In this document: piece by piece, positions 50,344 through 63,803 of the stretch
Layout of the letters: each line of letters begins with the position of its first letter
Position numbering within the stretch: position 1 is the stretch's first letter
Assembly (NCBI RefSeq): GCF_000143415.4
Contig: NW_003314316.1
Coordinates: 1,138,666-1,202,665 of the forward strand
Reading direction: 5' to 3'
Origin: Selaginella moellendorffii
Lineage: Eukaryota; Plantae; Lycopodiophyta
Length of the DNA: 64,000 nt
Translations under genes and position numbers: made by a program
The notes under the pieces: generated by a model
Told to the model about the DNA's origin: nothing
Database searches by the model: none
What the model saw: only the letters and a program-made list of their open reading frames with translations

Positions 50344-51528
50344 ATGGCGGAGGAGCTGGTGCTCGACTCGGCGATCCGCGACTGGGTGCTGGTGCCGCTG
50401 TCGCTGGTGATGGTTCTCATCGGCGTGCTGCGCCACTTCGTCTCCAAGTGTATGTCCTCGCAGCCGGAGCCCGACGCCAAGGCTCTCAAAGAATCGTGAG
50501 TTTTTTTTTCTTTGTTTCGGCCGAGCTTCTTCTTCTCATCTCGCTCTTGTAACTTCCTTCAAGGCAAATTGTTCTTCGCGCCAGGTACCTGAGAGCGGCT
50601 GCGAATTACATTCCTGCCAAGTCTTTCCGGATGAGAAAATCCTACTTCAACAACGAGGTAGGCGAGAAAAAGAAAAATGCTACTTTTCTTTGCGGTCAAG
50701 AAGAAAGAAAGCTGATGCTGTATTTTCTCTTGTGCCAGGAAAATGGGCTGTTACATGTTCCAAAGGGCCAGGGCCAGAACGTCCAGGCTCAAATGCTTTC
50801 GGACCCAAACATGGCAATGGACATGATGAAGAAGAACTTGTCCATGATCATTCCTCAGGTTTGGCGTTCCAAAATCTTGTCTCGGTCTCGAGCCAACTTT
50901 TCGGGCGTTTCTTTTGCAGACTTTAACCTTTGCGTGGGTGAACTTCTTCTTCTCCGGATTTGTCACCGGTAATACTTTTTATACAAGCCTTTCTTCTTTA
51001 CGTGCATCGTTTGCCTGCAGCCAAAATTCCTTTCCCGCTCACGCAAAGATTCCGAGGGATGTTGCAAAATGGAATCGACTTGAGCTCGGTGGATGTGAGC
51101 TATGTCAGCAGCCGTTCATGGTAAGCTGCTAGCAAGGTTAAGTTTCATGCTCGGTGTGTATCGACAGGTATTTCTTAAATCTTTTCGGGTTGAGAGGCCT
51201 CTTCAGCTTGATCCTCGGAGAAGACAATGGTGAGATTACGTCTTTCGTGCTCGCATTCTAAGTCTTTTGGTCGTTTGGTGCTCGACTTGCAGCCACCGAT
51301 GATACCCAGAAGCTGATGCAAACGCAAATGGCGATGCAAATGGGCGGGTTTGGAGCCGATCCTGCAAAGGTGAGAAGCTTTCTAAGATTTCACAAGGAAA
51401 GCTCAACCTTTTTCATGGAACAGGCCCTTGGAGCTGAGAAAGAAGGTCTCGACTTAGTCCAGCACGAGTGGCTTCTCCCCCAGATCGAGCAGCGAGCAGC
51501 AGCAGTGTTGAGCCAGATTCTCGCGTAA
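50344..51528 (+). CDS. EMC3: ER membrane protein complex subunit 3
   Basis: [67 protein letters not shown]; 7 short introns. Confidence 0.95.
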
Positions 51529-51775
51529 CTCGCTCGATCACAAAAAAAAAGAAAAACAGAGAAGAGAAGAGACCATTTTCGAAGTAGGCTGCTCACGCAA
51601 TACTTGCTCTCGACAACAACCAAAAACTTACAAGAAAAAAGAGAGAGAGAAACAAAGGATAAAAGGAATTTATTTTTAGCAAAGTTCTATCGCTCCATCT
51701 TCCAAGGTGTTATAAAAGGCGTGCCCAATGATTTGGAGCTGGAACCCAGATTTTTAGGGCAGAGGGGAGCGAGCG

Positions 51776-52674
51776 ATGGGGATGCTCAAGCTCATCCTCG
51801 CGGATGCCGCCATCTCCTTCTTGTGGGTGTTTTGCACGTCGTGCATCGGCGCCGCGACCGAGATTATCGCGTCGTGCGCGGGCGTGGAGGGCGATCGCAA
51901 GTTTTACATCGTCTTTGGCCTCATCGCGCTGCTCATCATCGTCTTCTCGGCTCTGGCCCAGGCGATTGGAGGCGCGAGCTGGAATCCAACCGCGGTGCTC
52001 GCCTTCTCGGGCGTGGGAGTGGGCGATTCAATCTTCAATCTGGCGCTCCGGATCCCCGCGCAGGTACTCTTTTTTTCTTCTTAGCGTTTGATAAGTTAGT
52101 GTTCTTCCCAAAGTTCCCTTTTTTTCTTTCTTCCGAAGGAAAGGTTGTGATGGATCGATCTCCTTTGTTGTTTGCTTCTAGGCTGTGGGATCTGCCGCTG
52201 GAGCTCTGGCGATTTTCGAGCTGATGCCGTCGAGTTTCAAGGGAACTCTAGGGGGGCCGAGCCTCAAGGTGGATTTGCGAACGGGGGCGATCGCCGAGGG
52301 GCTGCTCTCGTTCATAATGTCGTTCGTGGTTTTGTGGGCGGTGTTGCGAGGCCCCAGGAACGCTGCTCTCAAGTCAGGGATCATCATCTCCACCACCATC
52401 GCGCTCATCGTGCTGGGCTCGGGATACACTGGCCCAGCCATGAATCCTGCCAATGTAAGTCGAGAAAAATCCTCCTTTTCCTCCTCCTCGGCTTGATTTG
52501 TTTGGTTTGTTTGATTCCTTCCAGGCGTTTGCGTGGGCGTACGTGAACAAGAGCCACAACACCAACGAGCACTTGTATGTTTACTGGCTAACTCCATTGC
52601 TGGGCTCGCTGGCCGCGTCCATGGTTTTCAAGCGGATGTTCGCTCTCGGGCAAAACAAAGAGAAGACGGCCTAG
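51776..52674 (+). CDS. Aquaporin, small basic intrinsic protein (SIP)
   Basis: GGASWNPT, YTGPAMNPANAFAWAY, VYW; introns 52064-52181 and 52455-52525; C-terminal KEKTA* (KxKxx ER retrieval). Confidence 0.93.
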
Positions 52675-52899
52675 ATAACAAAACTGGCCATCTTTCTTTC
52701 TCTCTCACACATCCATTTATTATTATACTCTCAATTTACTTCCTCAATCCAAATCACGATTCTTTATGTAAATTAAAAGCGCCTGAAAAAAAAAGAAGAT
52801 TACAAAGAAGACCTACGCAATTTACATTGTACGCTTTCATCAGATGCCATGACAAGCGAAGAAGGAAACGATCTTATTTTCACCTTCGCTTATTGAGAA

Positions 52900-52902
<3 letters not shown>

Positions 52903-52933
<31 letters not shown>
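52903..52933. repeat. (AG)n microsatellite
   Basis: About 15 AG units between the convergent SIP and UPL5 genes. Confidence 0.95.
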
Positions 52934-52941
<8 letters not shown>

Positions 52942-52957
52942 AACGAGACCCTGATCA

Positions 52958-55900
52958 TCAAGCAAATCCAAAGCCTTCCGCAATGTGATCGGCCGTGATC
53001 GCGTAGAGGCTTCTGTGCATCACGTCAAAGCTCGAGTAAGGCGGCAGTATCAACTGGTAGAAGCAAGTGTGAGCCGTCGGCAACCAAGTCACGTTGGTGA
53101 GCGACTTGTGGATGTGGAACTTCGACGTCAAGCCTGCGAATCCCTCCGGCGGTAAATGCGTCACCGACGTTGCGAAGAACAGCAGCTTTCTCCGTCTCTC
53201 GGGGGACATCTCTTCTACCACCTGAGAGAAAGCGATAAGAGTTTGCAAAGAACAAAGAGAAGAAGGAAGAGCAAAAGAAAGCATACCTCCCAAAACCATC
53301 GAGCTTGCTCGTCCGAGGCGGTGTAATCGTGGTACTCGGTGTGCTGCTTCCAGTCTTCCACTGAGATCTCACGATCTTTGCCGTAGAGCATCAGGTCCAG
53401 ATCCTCGAGATCCAGCGGGCGAAGAAACTGGTGGATGGAGGTGTTGGACAGCAAGTCGGAGAAGCCTTGAGAGAACCACTTGACTTGATCTGCTACTGCG
53501 GCCACGAGACGCCTCTGGACCATGAGATCCACAAAGTGACGCCGGTTCGTGCTGGTGACTGCCATATCCTTCCCGCCGGGACAAAGCTCCAGCACCTTTC
53601 GTGATCCCAGGAGTTCCATCTCGGTTACGAACGTGAGGCCCAGCGTGTCCGAGTCGATGCTGTCCGGGTCCATTTCTAGGATGTTTTTGCAGCTCGCGTA
53701 CAGTGCCGGGTCCGCGTCTCTCGAGTCTTCCCAGGTTATGGGAAGGCCAGCCAGCTGCTTGAAGAAGAAGAGAGCAAAGGTGACGTCTACCTGGACTCTG
53801 TGCATCATAGCCAGCGCTATAACTCGTCCACAGAATTTGAAGTACGTGAGATGTCCAGGATTGACTCCGGAAGCTGCAAGAGAAGAGAGGAGTTTAAAAG
53901 AGAGTTCACAAAAGCAAAGAAAAAACAAAGAAGAGTATACGTACCTGGATTTGGGTAGAACCTTCTTCTGTCGTTGGGACACGGCAGAAACAACGCAAAC
54001 TGAGGATTGAAGATCTCCTTGCAAACCATGAAGAACCACTCTCTCAAAACACCCGGCCCTGTCGCTTCCTCTGAGGAAAACTCCACCGAAAGGCCACCCT
54101 GTATGTTCTCCGCTTCCACGTAAACCAGTTGCTCGAGTGACTCCGTCAGGAGCTGCGAACGCTGGATAACAATCTCCTGGCGTTCCTCGTGGTCGTCCTG
54201 CGGCTCCGGTAGCATAGCCATGACGAGCCGCTTCTTCGAGTCAAACTCTAAAAAGCGCTTGTACTCAAGCAGCCAAAAGTCGTGATCTTGCCACCGTGAC
54301 TGACTAACCAGCACATTCAAGGCCAAGCGTTGGCTTCGCAGCAGCGACAAGAGCTTCATCGACGAGATATCGGAGAGTTTCGCCACGGCATGGAGCCCCT
54401 TGAGCACGAACAAGAATGGAGCACGAGCAAACGGCCTCTCCTCAACCCCTTGTGTGCTTCTCGGCCCTCCCTCTTGAAACTTTTCGTGCTGCCAGAGTAC
54501 CGTGACCAAGCACTTGTCCAGCTCCACCAGCAGCCTATGGAAAATACTATCCAGCCACCCCGCTGTTCCCACTTGCTGTGCCTGTGCCTGTGCCTGAGTT
54601 GTCTCATCACTGCATCCCAGTCTCAACTCCAAGTAATCCATGGAACTATTTCCCGGATCTTCCGAGTCGACCACCTTGCACACTGCCATCGACTTGCAGA
54701 TGTGCGTGATGAAAGCGGTGAAGTCCTTGGCCTCTTTGATATACGACGAGAACTCTTGGCCTGGAAAGCTACGATAGTCCTGTAGACGAGTTAACAAGCT
54801 CTCGGCCAGTTCGTTAGCAAACGGGGAAAAGTCACTCACAATGGTCTCGGCCTTCACCTCATGGAAAAACGGATTGCCGTGAGCGGCATCACTGCCATCC
54901 AGCAGCCGGGCCAGCGCACTCCGGCACGAGCGATACAGTGGGTGGCTTGGAGCACTCTTTGACAGGAGCTTGCAAAAGTCGAGAAGAACCGGCGCCGAGT
55001 GGCAATGCAAGTGAACCGGCAAGTAGTCATCGTTGCCAGTCAGGAAGAACTTGATAGACTCCTCGGCGCAGATTCTGTTGGACTCCACCGGCGAGAGGAG
55101 CAGCATGACGAGAGCGGACGTTGCTCCAGACAGCTGAAACACCTGCATGTGTTCTAGCACCGGTACTGACTTGGATGTCATCTTCAAAAACTCCTGGACC
55201 CCCGTTCTCACGCTATCCTGGCACTGCGTCAACTTTGATCCTAGTCTGCTAACTTCGTCCCCGGACAAGCCATACATCTTCCGGATCGTCGCCACCAAGT
55301 CGTTGATAAGCTGCCAAGAGTGAGGAAGCGCCGTGCTGCGCATCCGCGCCACGAGATGGAGCGTCGCATCGTTGGTGACATGACAAGTCTCCAGTGACTG
55401 ATCGTGCTGGAGCTGGCGGCCACCAAAAATCAGCCTTTGCTCGAGAAGAGGCAGGCCTGTCCGGACAAGGATCTGCTGGTGGACCGACTCGATCGTGTCC
55501 GACGCTGTCGCGTGAAGAACAATCGTCTTGCCATCAATGTACGTCTTGACAAAGAACTGGAGATGTGACGAGGAACTCGGGCACGAAACGCCCCTGTCCA
55601 CCTCCATCGCCACAGTCTCAGCTTTGTCTCCATCGGTGCTAGGACCTGGATCAATCCCACCATCTCCTCCCTCTCCTTCCTTTCCAAATCCTTTGCTGCT
55701 ACTACTACTGCTGCTAGACTCCTCTAGAAAGCCACCATCTTCTCTAGCACCACCCTCTTGATCGTCTGTTCTTCGCTGCCTCCCACTCGACTCGGCGTCC
55801 TGTGGCTCCTCCCTCCTGAGACGAGCAGAGAACTCGATGGAACTGATGTCCAACTCCTCCAGCTTCCTTTTGCTGGATGGATTCCTTGGCGGGGGAATCC

Positions 55901-56132
55901 GAGCTGCCGCCATGAAGCTCTCCTGTGCCCTATCGGCAGTGAGAATCGCCGCCGCGGCTGCCGCGGCCGCCGCTACCCTACTGGAAGATTCATCAGAGGA
56001 GCAACTCACCTCCATGCTCGTTGGCGCCGCCGCCATGGATGGATCCCTGAAAGGCCCGCAAGAAACCATGGTCGCGTCGCGGATGTTCCTGAAGAGCCTC
56101 TGTAGCGACTGCACCAGGCCCGTCAGAACCAT
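52958..56132 (-). CDS. UPL5: HECT E3 ubiquitin ligase with N-terminal ubiquitin-like domain
   Basis: UBL domain LQFFVK..EQRLIFGGRQL..TLHLVAR; HECT motifs EEATGPGVLREWF and LPTAHTCFYQL; introns about 53872-53944 and 53222-53286. Start codon uncertain (several ATGs). Confidence 0.93.
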
Positions 56133-56879
56133 CTAATTTGACCTAGGCCATGATCTGGGACGATCGCGCACCCCCCGCGATCGCGCGATCGCAAGAACCC
56201 TAACAGCGATCGCTACGCGCAGATCCAGCGCCACTCACGGTGATGCCGCCCTCGCCATGGCGCGGATTATCGGCAGTAGCGATCGCCGCTCCACCGCCGA
56301 GGGCTAGATCGAGACCTCGCGCACGAAAACCAACACACAAGAAAAACAAAAAAAGAAAAAGAGAGAAAGAACAAAGCTCGACCGTACAGGGAATCCCCAA
56401 GAAGCCTCCGTACGAATATCCGGCCCTTTTGTAACGTTTTCTATACCGCGCGCTCCCGCCCGTTGGATGCCCGGCGCCATCCAACGGCGAAGATTTGTTA
56501 GTCCGAAATGGCATCTTCCCGCGAATATGCCCGTGGCATAAGTTACGTGGGCGAGCAAGAAAAGAGGCGAGGCGAGAAAAGAGAGGCCATTCTTCTCGCA
56601 TTTTCCAGTTGGAGGCCCAAGACGAAGATTGTCACCAATTCACCTAACAAAATGCCCAGAAAAAACCAAAGAATTTCGCCGAGTCAAAGCTCATGACACC
56701 ACCAAACCAATTCTCTCTTGTTATAAGCCACCACCATCTTGTTCCTCGATCCAAATCTCTTGATCCATCCGCGGCTTCCCTCGAATCCGTGCTCTCGCAA
56801 GCCACCACGATCGTCTTCCTTCTTTTAGAGGGAATCCTTCCTGTTTGAAGCCAGTCGACGCAAAGTGTCCAGTAAGCCA

Positions 56880-57066
56880 GAACCATCGTTTTCCTTTGAT
56901 CGATCACCACCATCGTCTACCTTGATCGTCCACCACCATCGTCTTTTCCTTTGATCGATCACCAGCATCGTCTTTTCCTTTGATCGACCACCATCTTCCT
57001 TGATCTCCCGAGCCAGCTCTCCTTGATGCAACAAGCCGGAGTCACCGTCTTTCTTTGATCGACCAC
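56880..57066. repeat. About 22-29-bp tandem repeat upstream of the ACOS5-like gene
   Basis: ACCATCGTCTTTTCCTTTGATCGATCACC variants, about 6 copies. Confidence 0.85.
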
Positions 57067-57115
57067 GCCCCTATAGTTGCTCGGTCTAATCTTTCCGGAT
57101 CGTCTGCTCGAACTC

Positions 57116-59082
57116 ATGGGAGACTACGCACCACCCGACTTCACCCCTGCTACCGGCGAGGATCACACCTTTACCAGCAAGCTTCCTCCTGCAACAGTTC
57201 CGGAGCTTACAATCCCTCAGTACGTTTTCCAAGGAGTAGAGAGTTACCTGGAGAGAGTAGCGATCGTGGACACCTCCGATGGCCGAGAGTACACGTACAG
57301 GCAGCTCAAGCGGCTGGTGGAGAACTCGGCCGCAGGAATGGTCCAGCACGGGCTCAAGAAAGGCGACGTTGTGCTTGTCATTCTTCCCAACATGGCCGAA
57401 TACTTCATCGTGGTGCTCGGAGCCATGGCCGCCGGTGGAGTCTTCTCGGGTGTGAATCCAGCGTCTCCCTCGGTTGAGATCGAGAAGCAGGTCAGGGACT
57501 CCGAGGCCAAGATGGTGATCACGAACTTGGCCGGTTACGACAAAGTCTGCCATCTTAAGTTGCCGATCGTCGTCATTGGAGAGAATCCACCCCCGGAAGC
57601 GATTCCTCTTAGCTCCCTGTTCGAAGCTGACGGTCAGGCTGCTCTTCCATTTTCCACCAGTCCAGATGATCTCTGTGCTCTTCCTTACTCCTCTGGAACA
57701 ACCGGCGTATCCAAGGGAGTGATGCTGACACACAGGAACATTCTATCAATCCTCAGCCAAACTCTCGCCGACTACGAGAGAATTCCACCCGAGATCCGTG
57801 AGGCCCTTCCACAGTACTGCGCTCTGGGACTGATGCCGTTCTTCCACATCTACGGTATCACTGGCATTGGCTGCTCTACCATGAGGCTCAAAGGGAAAGT
57901 TGTCGTCATGGAGCGGTACGAGCTGAGAAAGATGCTGGAGGCTCTCATCAAGTACGAAGTCCAGTTTGCTCCCTTGGTGCCACCGATTATCCTGTCCCTC
58001 GTGAAAAATCCCCTGGTCGACGAGTATGATCTCAGCAAGCTGAAGCTCAATGCCGTCATGACCGCAGCCGCACCGCTCGCACCAGAGCTCCAGCGAGCAT
58101 TCGAAGCAAAGTTCCCAGGCGTCGAAATGAGACAGGTAATAATTCTGGTTCTCAAGATTCGTCTGAGCTTAGAACTCTGCAGGCGTATGGGTTGACGGAA
58201 TATAGCTGTGTTACGCTCTCCCACTGCGCACCTGGACATGCGAGAGGCAACGCAAAAAAGGGATCAGTCGGATTCATCATACCAAACACGGAAATGAAGT
58301 TCATAGACCCGGACACGGGTAAATCCTTACCAGCGAACACTCCTGGAGAGATTTGCGTCCGCGGAGGAGCTGTAATGAAAGGTAAAAAAAAAAAACTGAG
58401 CTGTGTGCGTCGTCTCTAACTCATTATAGGAGGAAAACAGGCTATTATAAAAATCCAGATGCAACAAGAAGCACAGTCGATGACGAGGGCTGGCTACATA
58501 CCGGAGACGTAGGATACATTGATGACGACGGTGACATTTTCATCGTTGACAGAGTAAAAGAGCTGATCAAATATAAAGGCTTTCAGGTGAGAGCGGGTTT
58601 TCAGAAAGAGAGGAACTTATGCTGTCTTGTTCACGTAGGTTCCACCAGCGGAGCTGGAAGCAATTCTAATATCTCATCCTCTCATCGAAGACGTGGCTGT
58701 CATACCGTAAGTTAAACACACTGTGATAATGTGAAAACCAGATGCACTCACTGTGAATTACAGATTCCCGGATGAAGCTGCTGGAGAGATTCCTGTGGCA
58801 TGCATCGTGAGGAAGCAAGGAAGCGATCTCTCGCAGGAAGAAATCTTTGATTTTGTCTCGTCCAAGGTAACTCTCTCTGCAGCAGCAAGAAAGATTTGTC
58901 AATCAATCCAAATAAACGTTTAACACCACACTACCTTTTTGCTCGTACAGGTTGCAGCTTACAAAAAGATACGAAGGATTGAATTCGTGTCAGAAATCCC
59001 CAAGTCACCAGCCGGGAAGACCATGCGCCGGCTGCTTCGCGACAGTCTCTTGAAACACAAAACCTTGAGTAAATCAAGCTAG
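57116..59082 (+). CDS. ACOS5: 4CL-like acyl-CoA synthetase of the ACOS5 (sporopollenin) clade
   Basis: [97 protein letters not shown]; 5 introns. Confidence 0.85.
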
Positions 59083-59176
59083 CTTCCTCCGGTAGTCCTG
59101 TAAAGAATGCAAAATAACGTTGAGCTCACAGATGTCAAGCCAAACGTCTTGTTTCATCAAACAAAGAACCTGGCTT

Positions 59177-61742
59177 TCAATTTTCTACGGCGTCGCCATC
59201 TCTGTCCTCGCCTTCCGCTGAAAGGCTTTGGAACGCGCTTTGAAACTGATGTATTCGCTGGAGCTCGTCTGCCTCTGCGTCTGCCGCAACTGCTTCGGCT
59301 TGTAGACTCTCCGCCTCCTCGATGTCATCGAGCTCGATCGCCACGTTTCTTTCGTTTCTGGCAGCCACAGCAACCAGCCTCAGCCTTTCACAACACGCCT
59401 GCGCTGCCTCCCTTTCCTTGACGGCTATCAAGCCTTCGATGTTTGAGAGAGAAACAATCTTGGTCTCTATACGCTCCTCGACTTGCTGCAGCTCCGAGCT
59501 GCATTTTTGTAGTTCCTCTGTGACAGCTTCCTGCTCTGCCCGGAATGCTTTGGCCTCAGCTGAAAGTCTAGCTGCCTCTTTAAATTTGCGTGTAGCTGCC
59601 GCAAGCCTTTTCTCAGCTTCCAGCGCGGGGCCACGTTTCTCGTGATGTGCCAGCTTTTGCTTTGCGGCGCGGATGTCTTCTTGTAATTTCATTTTCGTTG
59701 CTGACAACTCCTGCATAATGCAAGCGTCAAGGTGATTGGCGAAAGAGGAAAAAAATAAAAAAATATCGTTACAAACCTGTAGCGACGCTCGCGCCTCCGA
59801 TGCTTGTTGCCTTAGTGCCTGAGAATCCGCTAGAAGTTCTTCTTCTTTCCTAACAAGATCCCCCTTTTTCTCCTTAATTTCCCTGGACAGCTTAGCTGCT
59901 TTCCGCCACCTTCCAAGTTCTTCTTGCAAAAATATAGCCCGCTCTTGCGCAGCTTCTGCCGTGGTCTTTAGACATTCTCCCTCTGCCTCGGCCATAGTCA
60001 AGCTTTCCTCCACATCCTTCCGTGCAGATTGTATACCAGCTGAAACCGTGTCAAGCGCCTCCAAAGAGCTCGTGACTCTCGACAAATCCGTCTCTATACT
60101 GAGTTGCTTCTCTTCGAAAGTCGCAGCCACAGCAGCAATTTTCAGATCGATTTCTTTGATGAGATTGTCGCGCCTGGCAATTTCGGACTCTTTGTCTTTC
60201 ACCTTTCTGAGTAGATCTTCGAGCTCTTCAACAAGCACTTGACGCTCTGCTAAATGGCCAGTTTTGTCACGGACATCTGGTTCAACGGCTTCGTCAATCG
60301 TCCTGTTGAGTTCGACCTTGGCTTCTTCCAATGCTCGCAGTTCGAGCAAATATTGAGTACTTTTCATGTCCAGCTCCTCTTCTTTGGAGGTCAGACTTTC
60401 CATTTCCAACCTAGCAGTTTCTGATGCTTCCATTTCCACCTTTTCTGCTGCGGCTTGTGCCTCCTGAAAAAAAAAAACCAAGAAAACATGTCAGAAAAGA
60501 AGGCTAGGATGAAAAACGACATTATCTGCAAACCTTTTGGAATTCTGCAAGTGCTGCGGCTCCTTCTTCTTCTATACTGATTTTCAGTGATACTATCGTC
60601 TCCATTTCCACTGCAGCCAGATCATATTTTGAATCAGCCTCTTTGAAAGCCACGTCTGCCAACTCTAGCGACTTCTCAGCATCTGAAACCTCCTGGCTCA
60701 ATCTATCAGCCAGATCAAAGTCTTCTCTCTCGCACGCACTTTCAAGCTCAACTTCCAACGCCTTCCGCTTTGCTGTGGTCGAAGATAGCTCCTCCGCAGC
60801 TCTTCTCCGTACCTGTGCCGCCATTTTTCTTGAAGACGACGCTTCAGCAGCTTTGGCTTCAAGGTCTCGTAATTTTCTCGCAATGTCCTCCTGAATTGCC
60901 TCAAGCCTCCTTCGCATAGCCAAAGTCACCGTGCTACTTTTCGGATCGTTTGTATCAACGTTGTCTTCCACTTCTGGTGCTGTTTCCACCACCCTTGCGG
61001 CCTCCACGAGAACAACAGTCTTAGACTCTTCAACCGAGGCATGCAAAGTTTTCTCCTCTTTCTCATCGCCAGCTTTCGTGATTTCCCTCGCAATTTCACT
61101 GTCCTCCTTGGGAAAAACTTGTGTATCCTCCTTGAAAACTTTCGTGTCGTCGGCCAGTCCATCTTCGATCTCCAACTCCATTTCCTGCTGCGAGAACTCT
61201 GAGGCGCTCACCGAGACTCCATCGCTCTCTGGAAAGCTCGTCCCAAGCTCTACAACCTCGGAAGCGTGCACGAGCTTCTTGATCTCTGCCTGGTCACTGA
61301 AAACCATTTCTCTATCTTCTCCATCTTCGTTGTCTCTACCATACCCGATCCTAAGACTCTTCTTTTTCTTCCTGCCAGCACCACCTCTTGAAGAGATCGA
61401 GATCGTACTCGTACTAGTAGCTTTGGTTCCTGCGCTTGGAGCACTGTCATAGGCAGCCAGGATAGTGTCGAAGCTCTTCCTTCCCATGCATGAAGGATCC
61501 GAGAGAGAAATCCTTGCCTCGCCATTCCCCGAAGAATCCGCAGCCTCTTGACTCGATGAGATCGATAGCATGCTCATTCCAGTGAATAGATCCTCGTCCA
61601 AAGCCCCTCTAGAACTGCTCTCCACAGGCGGAGGAGGAGCCTCCGCCACAGCACTGACTGGCGGCGATGGCTCCCTTTCTCCATCTTGCTCCGGAGCTAC
61701 AGACAGCACGAAATCCATGCCTTCGAACAGCGATTCTTCCAT
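59177..61742 (-). CDS. Conserved plant coiled-coil protein with UVR-like domain
   Basis: SLFEGM, LDEDLF, RKKKKSLRIGYGR, LESACEREDFDLADRL, LEAEKRLAAATRKFKEAARL; introns about 60464-60533 and 59711-59776. Confidence 0.8.
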
Positions 61743-62037
61743 ATTTCTCGGAATGCCGATGCCGCTGCCACAATCCCTCAAAAGAAGCCCCCGATCTGAT
61801 CTAAAACCTAGCCCATCGCTGCCGCAGCAAGAAATCTACCTGTGCGAGCATCAGCGTCCGCTTCTATCGCGATTTCGATCGATCGATTTCGGTCGATCCT
61901 TCGCCGGCGCCACGCGCCAGGGCAGCTCCGGAATGAAACAAATGAAAGAAAAATATTCCATCGGCACCTAGAGCATATTCATATAAAGATGATGTTACTA
62001 TGTACATACTTGAAAGCGTTCTTTTCTTTTTATTCCT

Positions 62038-63803
62038 TCACCTAATCATGCCACTGGTGTTTGCTCCTCCTAAATTCGCGCCATCCAAATTCTACACACA
62101 CAAGGAAGAGCGCGATTAAACTTTTTTCGATCGCAAAGATCGTCACATCGTCTTACAGTTCCTCGAAGATCAGCATGAGCCAAGTACGCTCGCTGGAGAT
62201 TTGCTGAGCGAAGATCGGCTCCATTCAATCTTGCTCCCTGGAAACAAAAGTTCTCGCTCGCATGGAGACGAAGCCAAGGAAAATACCTTAAGATTTGCTC
62301 CTTCCAAGTTCGCCTTGGCGAAATTGGCATTTGAGAGGTCAGCATTCTGGAATCAACAAAAGTTTTGGCTTAGTACCGCAAGAACGATTAACGAGAGGCC
62401 ACCTGTAAGTGTGCAGTGCGAAGATCAGCACCAAGAAGACTGCAGTCCGCCAAGCAAGCATCTGGCAATCCAACCACGTAGAAACCAGTCAGAAAACTTT
62501 CCTTTTGCTTGAAAAACTAAGAACTTGAGACCTTGCATGTTGGCACTTTGAAGATTAGCACCCGAGAGAACTGAACCACGGAGGCACGCTCCAACAAATA
62601 CAGACCTGTGATCGCCAAAAGCCAGCTTAAAGCAAAAAGAAAAAAGAAAAAAATCGAAACATACTCTCGAAGTATGGCGTTATGGAAGTTGGCGTAATCG
62701 GCTGCCGAATCCTGCAATCTGGCCTCGTCAAGTAAGATGGACTTACGAAGACTGATGAACAAACCCGAAAATTCGCCGAGTGTAAGTTGGCTCGACTAAA
62801 AAATGTGCTTATGAGCCGTCCATTGCTAAAATCCACTCCTGACAGATCCTGAAACAGCGATCTTAAGCCTGCTTAAGCGTCTGGGGGAAAAAACACCGTA
62901 CCAGTTTCGAGAGATTTTGGCCGGAAAGATTCACACCACGTAGTCGAACTCGTTTGGTTTGCAAGCATTTAATCACTTCCTTTCTCGTCAACTCGGCAGT
63001 GTCTTCGTCGTCTTCATCCTTTTTATTTGACACTGCGGTTAGAGCTTCAATCAAACCCTGCCAAAGAGAAAAGAAAAGCCGTTATTTCTGAAAAGCAAAA
63101 GCAAAGCTTACAAAGCTTACACTCAGTTGATAGTACTCGGCCTCGCGTAGAAGCTCCTGGACGGAGGAAGTGTCCAAGGCTGGAGTTACACCATCACGAA
63201 GGTAATTCAATATGTGTCGAAAATGAGTTCCATCTCTGTCAATAAACACTGATCCCTGCTAACATCCATTTTGACATGCAACAAACAAACAACAAAGATC
63301 ATGAAACTCCTACTCTGGCACGCATCAAAAGCTATTTAATCCCTTTCTCTTTTCCTCCCTCTTGAGCAAACAAAACGAAACAAAAGAAAAAGAAGAAAAA
63401 CCAAGCGCGCTTGCCTTGTTTGCATCAATGTGGAGCCGGTGCCGCCCGCTAAACATAATCGCAAGCATAGATCCAGTGTCCCGATGCGTTAGCGTGTCCA
63501 CTGTGGTAGTAAACTGCATCCCTCCTGGCATCCCATCGCCCGAAATATCAGCAACCAGCGGCGATCTCTCCAAAATCTAGCGTCCTAGGGCCGAAACATA
63601 CCGACATTGAGATGAACGATCGATGGAACACCCGGTGCCGGCTCCTGGAGATCCCGCATTTGCGAATCGAGATCTTGCGGCGGCGGCGACGGCTTGCCCT
63701 CTCCGATCGCCAGCCTCCACGCGGCCTCCTCGTCCCGGGCCACACAGGAATCGTCCACAGACACATCCCCATCGCTCTGGGAGGCCCCATCCTCTATCGC
63801 CAT
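62038..63803 (-). CDS. FIP2: BTB/POZ plus pentapeptide-repeat protein (FH-interacting protein 2)
   Basis: VHLNVG, FTTTVDTL..SMLAIMFSGRH, VFIDRDGTHFRHILNYLRDG, ELTRKEVIKC, A(N/D)L pentapeptide repeats; many short exons. Confidence 0.9.

Noticed and set aside
57086-57733. Long antisense ORFs over GC-rich genes (also at 16466, 53549, 60931)
   Set aside because: Shadows of codon bias on the coding strand.
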